From Octopus vulgaris (Eukaryota), in contig OX597828.1 in NCBI GenBank assembly GCA_951406725.2, positions 53,630,001-53,694,000 of the forward strand: 64,000 nucleotides of DNA. Reading direction: 5' to 3'. The notes beneath the pieces were generated by a model. That model was not told the DNA's origin, searched no databases, and saw only the letters and a list, made by a program, of their open reading frames with translations. Positions 55,023-64,000 of this stretch are shown here, piece by piece (within the stretch, counting starts at the first letter, position 1; each line of letters opens with the position of its first letter). Both the position numbers and the translations under genes were made by a program.

Positions 55023-55330
55023 CGGGAAGCTTTATGAAAATAGACAAAAGACGAAGGCAGGTGGAAAACAAACAAACAATTGTATTAGTATGGCGCTCAG
55101 GAAATATAAATAAAACAAGTCTTTAACGTTTCGAGCCTACGCGCTTCAACAGAAAGATACACAGAGAGAAAAAAACACAGAAAGAAGGAGAGAGAAAAAA
55201 TGCGTGCAGTAACTAACGAACCAACATGGCGATCTGATTTCGGCCAGAAGTCAAAGATCAAACATGAGACGCGAGAGCGAAATTAGGGGAGATAATAGGG
55301 TTGATAATAGGGTTGAGTGACCGGCATGCC
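55020..55330 (-). mobile_element. Probable Penelope-like pseudo-LTR carrying a hammerhead-like motif
   Basis: Abuts (TA)n; its terminal ~40 bp recur, inverted, at 47137-47178, also next to TA repeats; contains the motif at 55120-55157. Confidence 0.6.
55120..55157 (-). ncRNA. Minimal type I hammerhead ribozyme-like motif (variant core)
   Basis: UCUUU-CUGUUGA-A-GCGC-GUAG-GCUC-GAAAC-GUU-AAAGA: 5-bp stem I, core boxes CUGuUGA and GAAA, short stem II, palindromic stem III. One core deviation and one stem II mismatch. Confidence 0.6.
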
Positions 55331-55406
55331 AAAATACTTTTGATTATATCTGGAGTGTTAGCGGATGTTCTATATACGCACGCGCGTGTTTATAAGTATG
55401 TGTGGG

Positions 55407-55529
<123 letters not shown>

Positions 55530-56097
55530 CTTCAGTGACAAATCCTTAATCGTCAAAATGGCAGCAGAAATAACAGAAAGGAAAGACAGACATACGAATA
55601 GACAGACAGATAGGGACAGGCAGTCAATCAGATTGAAGAGAAATTAAAGTGATAGACAGAGACAAAGAGAGTGAGAGCAGGAATGTAAGTGAGTGAAAAG
55701 CATGCAGCCATACCGACAGACAATAAGACATGCTGACAAACAGACAGACAGAGAGGCAGTGAAAGCTAAGTGAGGTAAAGTTTATTTATGTAAGATTTAT
55801 TGAGGAGTGTAAATGGGAGAGGAAGGAGTGGGGGCAACGAGTGTTGAGAGGAGGTGTAGAGAGAGATAAGAAACTCCATAGCGTTGTGATCAGATAGTAG
55901 CGGGTTCGCTCCCTTCTCTCTCTCTCTCTCTCTCTCGCTCTCTCTCTATCTATCTATTTATCTTTCTCTCGCGTTCCTCCATTCTAAGCTGTTATCTTCT
56001 CAGATGTCGGCAAATGGTTGACAGATAACAGACTGACGTTAAATCGGAACTCAGGTAGCCACCATGTTGGAAAGGGAAATTTGACCTCTGTTGCTAC

Positions 56098-56159
<62 letters not shown>

Positions 56160-56373
56160 ACACACGCACGCACACACTCTCTTTCTCCCTTTCATTCTTT
56201 CTTTCTCTCTCTCACTCTCTTTCTTTCTACGAATATATCAATCTTCCTACCTATCTAAATATCTACTTATCCTCTTACCTCTCCCTCTCTCTCTCTCTAT
56301 ATATATATATATGTATATCTGTCCATCTATCTCTCTATCTATATATCAATTTATTTGCCTCTCTGTCTGTCAG

Positions 56374-56423
<50 letters not shown>

Positions 56424-56424
56424 C

Positions 56425-56552
<128 letters not shown>

Positions 56553-56810
56553 CTCTCTATATATATGTATATATTCATCTATCTGTCTGTCTCTGTCTAT
56601 TCTCTCTGTGTCTGTATTTCAGTATATCTAACTTCCTCATTTATTCTGTCAATTTATGCATTCCTTGTACGTCCATGTGTGTGTGTGTGTGTGTGTCTGT
56701 GTGTGTGTGTATGTGTGTGCGTGTGTGTATCTATGTACAACTAATCGCTTTGTAGGTGCTAAGCCAATGGTCAAGCTCGGACCGGCCATAACAAACAACC
56801 TTCGAAACAT

Positions 56811-57029
56811 ATTCTTTTCTACTCTAGGCACAAGGCCCGAAAATTTTGGAGGAAGGGGCCAGTCGATTAGATCGATCCCAGTACGCAACCGGCACTTAAT
56901 ATAACGACCCCGAAAGGATGAAAGCCAAAGTCGACCTCGGAGGAATTTGAACACAGAACATAAAGACAGACGAAATACCGCTAAACATTTCGCTCGGCGT
57001 AACTCACGTTTCTGCTAGATCGCCGCCTT
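56811..57029 (-). mobile_element. SINE family B, full length
   Basis: Colinear with other family B copies; ends ATCGCCGCCTT on the plus strand. Confidence 0.85.
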
Positions 57030-57174
57030 AACTTTCTAAATGTATTACTGATCCAATGTTTTGGAGCGCGCTTATTTTACAGGTATATGAACCACTGACG
57101 ATACATACTTGTCTAGATGTACAAGTTTAAGCATGAGAAGGCATACATAAAAGTAAAACGTACAAATCTGCAGG

Positions 57175-57560
57175 TATACATACATACAAGCATACATACA
57201 CACATACATGCATACATACATATATATATACATATATACATGCATACATACATACAAACATACATACATACATACATACATACATACATACATGCATGCA
57301 TACATACATACATACATACATGCATGCATGCATACATACATACATACATGCATGCATGCATGCATGCATACATACATACATGCATGCATGCATGCATGCA
57401 TACATACATACATACATACATACATACATGCATGCATGCATGCATACATACATACATACATGCATGCATGCATGCATACATACATACATACATACATACA
57501 TACATACATACATACATACATACATACATGCATGCATGCATGCATGCATACATACATACA

Positions 57561-57593
<33 letters not shown>

Positions 57594-58070
57594 GCATGCA
57601 TGCATGCATGCATGCATACATACATACATGCATGCATGCATGCATGCATACATACATACATACATACATACATACATGCATGCATGCATGCATACATACA
57701 TGCATGCATGCATACATACATACATACATACATACATACATACATACATACATACATACATACATACATGCATGCATGCATGCATACATACATACATACA
57801 TGCATGCATGCATGCATACATACAAAACTATAGTTGTTGATGTTGAAATTCCCATGAAGGAGCCATGGATCTAGGTTAGAAACCGGATCTTACTCTTTGG
57901 GCAAGAAATCTTGAAATAAAACTGGAAAGTGACGTACAAACATACATACATACATGCATGCATACATACATACATACATACATACATACATACATACATA
58001 CATACATACATACATACATACATACATACATACACACATACATACATACATACATACATACATACATACA

Positions 58071-58100
<30 letters not shown>
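57175..58100. repeat. Mixed (CATA)/(CATG) microsatellite interrupted by a ~115-bp island similar to the R4-like 3' UTR
   Basis: Island 57825-57940 shares GTTAGAAACC.G.TC...AA.AAA.C.TGAAATAA with 52587-52627. Confidence 0.8.
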
Positions 58101-58101
<1 letters not shown>

Positions 58102-58428
58102 TTGTCTAAGAGACATTCGCAATCTATGATATTACTTTGTCATTTAAGGAAGAATAGAAAGAGTAAAGGTATTACGTTTCGGATAAAGTTCTTTTTCATA
58201 TATCATAGGAAAGTTCATGAGAAACTCAGAAGAGATGAGAGGTGATTAAAAAAGAGAGAAACAGAAAAACAATGTATGTGTGTTCAGTCATGTTTGTGTG
58301 TGTGTGTGTGTATAAGTATATGTGTTGGCTTCTTGCAGTTTCCGTCTACCAATTTACTTCATTAAGTGTGTATTGTTTAACCCCTGTCTAAAACAAAAGA
58401 CACTCGGACGTGGTTGAGTAGCGAATCC

Positions 58429-58583
58429 TATTTCTTTATTACCCACAAGGGGCTAAACATAGAGGGGACAAGCAAGGACAGACATAGGTATTAAGTCGAT
58501 TACATCGACCCCAGTGCGTAAGTGGTACTTAATTTATCGACCCCGAAAGGATGAAAAGTAAAGTCGACCTCGGCGGAATTTGA
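58429..58583 (-). mobile_element. 5'-truncated SINE family B with 15-bp target-site duplication
   Basis: TTGAGTAGCGAATCC at 58414-58428 and 58580-58594. Confidence 0.9.
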
Positions 58584-58655
58584 GTAGCGAATCCGTTACC
58601 CAGGCAGTTATGCCTACTTTAGTAGTTTCTAAAGGAAAAAGACAATAGTTACGGT

Positions 58656-58806
58656 AGAAGAAGAAGAAGAAGAAGAAGAAGAAGAAGAAGAAGAAGAAGA
58701 AGAAGAAGAAGAAGAAGAAGAAGAAGAAGAAGAAGAAGAAGAAGAAGAAGAAGAAGAAGAAGAAGAACAAGAAGAAGAACAAGAACAAGAAGAAGAACAA
58801 GAAGAA
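58656..58806 (+). repeat. (GAA)n microsatellite
   Basis: Direct observation. Confidence 0.97.
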
Positions 58807-59367
58807 ACATTCAGCTACAGTGAAGAGTCAAAAATGACAAGACACGAGAAATTGGGAAAATTTCAAAGAAACTCATTTTTTCTATTTTTCGACGACCACT
58901 TGTTTATTTTTGTTTTATTTTTGGCTTTTTAAAGTTTTTTTTTATCTTTTTTCTTTCTTCATATTTTCTGTTTTCTACATTTATTTGCTTTTTTTTTATT
59001 AGTATGTTTTTTTTTTATAGCTATTTTTATTTTCGGCCGATCTTTCTTTCTCCTTTTGTCTTTAGCGTGTGTTTGAAACTGGATTATTCAAGCAAACAGG
59101 CTTTCACTTCCCAAAATAGTGATCAAACAAAGAAATTGGTAACAACCGATCGATACACGTTCGATCGATGATGCTTTAGTTTATATTTCTTTTCTTGATG
59201 TCTTGTCTTTTTTCTTCTCCCTTTTAAGTCGGTGCCTTAAGACAAGAACGGTCTGAGAGAGTGACAGAAGATCTCGGCAACCTCCATTTATTTGGTTTTC
59301 TCGTTTTTTCTTTGTCAACTTATCTCTCGTTACATATGTGTGTATGTGTGTATGTGTGTGTCTATTT

Positions 59368-59405
<38 letters not shown>

Positions 59406-59542
59406 TGTGTATGTGTGTATATGTATACACGCACACACATATACATATATAATAGATATATGTATGCGCATGTGTGTAATGGATAACAGCATCACGCCGG
59501 TGCGAAAAGCACGGAATATTGTGTGTGCGTGTGCGTGTGCGT

Positions 59543-59576
<34 letters not shown>

Positions 59577-59624
59577 AGTGCGATAGACAGATAGATAGTT
59601 AGATAGATGGATAGATAGACATAC

Positions 59625-59666
<42 letters not shown>

Positions 59667-59708
59667 ATAGACAGACAGACAGACAGACAGTCAGACAGAC
59701 AGACAGAC

Positions 59709-59778
<70 letters not shown>

Positions 59779-60172
59779 GTACATCTATATATAATATATA
59801 CATGCATGTCTGTGTGTATGTCTGTATGCATGTGTTCGTGCGTGTGTGTGTGTGTGTATGCGAGCGTGCCACCTTAGTTGTTCATTATCTACCTACATGA
59901 CTGGATATCGATTAACCTCTATGCATGTCTTTTTACATACATTTAAGTTACCAATCTACCAAGCTACTTGTCTATCAATCTATCTATCTACCTATCTATC
60001 TATCTATCTATCTACCTATCTACCTATCTTTCTATCTTTCTATCTATCTATCTGTCCGTCTGCCTGTCTATCTATCTATCTTACCAGCCTAGGGAAGTTT
60101 GCTACATTAAAGGAAAATACATAATTTATTAAAATCCCTTTTTCAAAATAAAATTAATAATTAATACTTTAA

Positions 60173-60387
60173 CCTTTTAGTATTCAAATTGGCCATATCA
60201 GGCTCAAATATTCTACATACTTTATGTTCAAACTGACCAGATCAGGCATCTTGCACCTACTGTACAATGTCATTCTAAAAATCAACGATCACATCATTGA
60301 AATCTCAAAACTACAAGATATTGTATGATAAAGTCAAAAGAATATGAATAAATAAGCATTATATTATATAATCTGAATGCTAAAGGA
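60173..60387. mobile_element. piggyBac-type MITE
   Basis: TTAA|CCTTTTAGTATTCA ... TGAATGCTAAAGGA|TTAA: imperfect terminal repeats flanked by TTAA. Confidence 0.72.
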
Positions 60388-60609
60388 TTAAATTGACTTT
60401 GTCCTATTAAATGACTTTGTCCTATTAAATACTCCAAGAACTTTACTGTACTGTTGGAGGTTGAATTATGAATAAGAAAATTAACTATTAGAAAACTGAC
60501 TTTTTTATCATAAAATTACATTTTAAGGGTACGGAAATGAATCCAACGATTCCTAGGGAGTTAGAATTTAACAAAGGTGAGCGGATCACTACCGTCAAAG
60601 ACTTGACAA

Positions 60610-61181
60610 TATTCTTTTCTACTTTAGGAATGAGGCCCAAAATTTTGGGGAAGTGGGGGCAGTCGATTAAATTGGCCCCAGTAAGCAATTGATACTTAGT
60701 GAAAGGCAAAGCCGAACTCGGCGGAATTTGAACTCAGAACGTAAAGACAGGCGAAATACCGCTACACATTTCGCCCAGCGTACGTTTCTTATTTCTTTAT
60801 TGCCCACAAGGGGCTAAATATAAATGGGACAAACAAAGCGACTGAATCGATTACATCGACCCCAGTGCGTAACTGGTACTTAATTTATCGACCCCGAAAG
60901 GATGAAAGGCAAAGTCGAGCTCGGCGGAATTCGAACTCAGATGAAATACCTATTTCTTTACTACCCACAAGGGGCTAAATCACAGAGAGGACAATCAAGG
61001 ACAGACAAACGGATTAGGTCGATTATATCGACCCCAGTGCGTAACTGGTACTTTATTTATCGACCCCGAAAGGATGAAAGGCAAAGTAGATCTCGGCGAA
61101 ATTTGAACTCAGAACGTAACGGCTGACGAAATACGGCCACGCATTTCGGCCGGCATGCTAACGTTTCTGCCAGATCGCCGC
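60610..61181 (-). mobile_element. Trimeric SINE family B array
   Basis: Three GAAAGGCAAAG...CGGCG.AATT.GAACTCAG units; junctions at about 60790 and 60950. Confidence 0.87.
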
Positions 61182-61193
61182 CATAAGACCTGT

Positions 61194-61575
61194 CGGCAGA
61201 ATCGTTAGCACGTGGTGCAAAATGCTTTCGTTCGTCTTTACGTTCTAAGTTCAAATTTTGCCGTGGTCGACTCTCCTTTTCCTATTTTCACGGTCGATAA
61301 AATAAGGACTAGTTGAAAATTAGGTCGATCTCATTGACTAACTCCAACACCAACCCACCCAAATTGCTGTTCTTGAAACCGTTATTAATACCAATTTAAG
61401 GCGGTGAGCTGGCAGAATGGTTAGCACCCCGGGCAAAATACTTTGCGACATATCGTCCGTCATTACATTCTGAGTTCAAATTCAGCCGAAGTCAAGTTTT
61501 CAAGGTCGATAAAATAAGTACCAGTTGAGCATCGACTAGCCCCTCCTCAAAAATTGCTGGCCTTGTACCCCATAT
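61194..61575 (+). mobile_element. Two diverged SINE family B copies, head-to-head with the 60610-61181 array
   Basis: GGCAGAATCGTTAGCAC at 61195 and AGGCGGTGAGCTGGCAGAATGGTTAGCAC at 61399. Confidence 0.78.
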
Positions 61576-62497
61576 TTTGTAACCAATATTATTTACCATC
61601 TAGTGTCATCAAAAACTCTGTCTTTAAATTAATTTCCATCACGGCCATCACAAATATTTTATAAGTATCCGTTTACAACATCGAAACCTGCAAGCAGTTG
61701 AAGAGGGGAGTCGTTTGTTTAAAGTAACAGCAGGCTTTGGTTTCTACAACAGAATATATGAAATTAACTCAAGAGGGAGGTGTCTAGTGTTTCTAACAGC
61801 CTATAAGATAGGGTTGATATTATTTTTTTTCGATAACAACATTATGATATGTGCTTTGTCAATCAAGTCTTTATTCTCGGTACGCAACAATGTTTACGAT
61901 ATCTAATTGTCTATTTACTATTTACGATATTTTTTTGACGTTATTAATCCAGCCCTGTCTCTTTGAAGTCTAAATATTACTTTCTGATTATCAAAACAGC
62001 TGTTGAGTGCAGTTAACTCTAACAGACGGTTGCTTACTCAAAACTGTGTAATGGAATTTCGTAGATAAAATATATAATCGATATACTTATTGGTAGGTTT
62101 TAATAGTTTAGTAATCGATAAAAATATCAATACTGAAATCAACATTGAATGGATTGCTGTTACGGAAGTCGCGTCGGTTACCAATTCGTGTGACAAGGCA
62201 AGAATTCAAGGAGAGCGTGATGTTTTCTTTTTTCCTTTTGTTTTTTAAGGATTTTTTTTTTCTCTTAACGCTACTTTATTATTTTGTTTGAATTTTTGTG
62301 CCCAACACAAACCTACCAGAACGCACACACGCAAGAACACGCACTCACACACACACATACATGCAGACATACACTTACTTAGAGAACCAACTACACCGCG
62401 CACACACGCGTCCGCATTCACACACACATACACATACACACATACATACATCCACAAACCCCAGAATACACACATGCAAAAATGCACATGCATATAT

Positions 62498-62881
62498 AGG
62501 TGCAGGAGCAGCTGTGTAGTAAGTAGCTTGCTTACTAACCACATGGTTCCGGGTTCAGTCCCACTGCGTGGCACCTTGGGCAAGTATCTTCTACTATAGC
62601 CACGGGCCGACCAAAGCCTTGTGAGTGGATTTGGTAGACGGAAACGGTATATATGTATATGTGTTTGTGTGTCTGTGTTTGTCCCCCCCCCACCAACATC
62701 GCTTGACAACCGATACTGGTGTGTTTACGTCCCCGTAACTTAGCGGTTCGGCAAAAGAAACCGATACAATAAGTACTATGCTTACAAAGAATAAGTCCTG
62801 GGGTCGATTTGCTCAACTAAAGGCGGTGCTCCAGCATGGCTGCAGTCAAATGACTGGAACAAGTAAAGGAGTAAAAGAGTA
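62498..62881 (+). mobile_element. SINE family A
   Basis: Colinear with the other family A copies. Confidence 0.9.
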
Positions 62882-63097
62882 ACGTAGTTGATTGATTGCT
62901 TAGTTGGCTAAATAGCTAACCGACTGATGAATAATGAAGACGTGAAATTGAACCGGCGTTTGTGTTTGCTATTGGCATAATGACCGTCCCGTAAAAAAAC
63001 TCTGTGTGTGTGTGTACACACACATATACGTACACACATTCATTTAAATATATACATATATATACATACTTATAAATATATATACTTACATATATGC

Positions 63098-63141
<44 letters not shown>

Positions 63142-63501
63142 GTAAATGCTGAAATTGATATATGCACAAATGTAGATGTATAAATGCACACACACCCATG
63201 TATACTGGTTTGGATGAAGTGTGGGATAGTCTCGTCTGGTGTTGTATGGTACGGTACAGAAAAATGTGTGGTGGAGGTAGGGGTCGCGACTGCTAGAATC
63301 GAACGTGAAACCGGAGATTATCGGTAAACAAGTTTAGTGAAATGTCAGCCTATTTCATTACAAATGCACACACATACTCTCTCTCACTCATACATACCTA
63401 CATACATACATGTGAATACGTGTATATATGCGTGTGTGTATGAATGGGTGTATGTATATTTACTCTCGTATAAAATTTAATGTGTATATATAGATATATA
63501 C

Positions 63502-63602
<101 letters not shown>

Positions 63603-63606
63603 TATT

Positions 63607-63724
<118 letters not shown>

Positions 63725-63836
63725 CATTCTTTATTGTAATGCTGGCAGCAGACCACACCACTCATTCACTCCCTAAGCCACTAGCTCTCTCTCTTTCTCC
63801 CTCTCCCTCTCTCTCTTTCCCTGTCTCTCTCTCCCC

Positions 63837-63877
<41 letters not shown>

Positions 63878-64000
63878 TTATATCTCTTCCCTTCTCCTCA
63901 AAGGCATCGTGTGACATTAAGAAAGGCGGTTCTGGGCCAAAAGCATTTCCCTCCATCTCTTTCTACTAAATAAACACACATACGCAACACTATCGCCTCG

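Noticed and set aside
55986-56030. CTGTTATCT...AGATAACAG small inverted repeat as a possible pre-miRNA
   Set aside because: Only a 9-bp stem with poor inner pairing; more likely paired GATA sites or chance.
57072-57874. MYVC/MHAC repeat proteins in all six frames
   Set aside because: (CATA)/(CATG) microsatellite.
62924-62950. CTGATGA...GAAA hammerhead-like boxes
   Set aside because: No stem II pairing and no valid stem III or cleavage triplet.

Overview
Eukaryotic, very AT-rich, apparently non-coding (intergenic or intronic) DNA. The repeat families I recognise (tRNA-derived OK/OR-like SINEs, a mollusc-type 5S rRNA copy, extreme microsatellite density) point to an octopus or other coleoid cephalopod. 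I found no intact host protein-coding exon; nearly all ORFs in the track are translations of microsatellites. Content: three tRNA-derived SINE families (dozens of copies, some tandem, some with target-site duplications); decayed non-LTR retrotransposon fragments (R4/Dong-like with restriction-like endonuclease, CR1-like, Penelope-like GIY-YIG, a possible RTE-like 5' end); DNA transposon remnants (mariner, hAT, piggyBac-type MITE); a 5'-truncated 5S rRNA copy; several long inverted repeats; and short unique islands rich in YY1/Pho-type and other TF motifs. Best leads: (1) Penelope-associated minimal hammerhead-ribozyme-like motifs beside (TA)n tracts; (2) apparent partitioning of retroelement families among microsatellite types; (3) a CR1-like LINE whose 3' end matches the tail of the dominant SINE; (4) foldback repeats with strand-biased mismatches. 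All calls come from reading by eye, with no database search. Family names are from recall and element edges are approximate.
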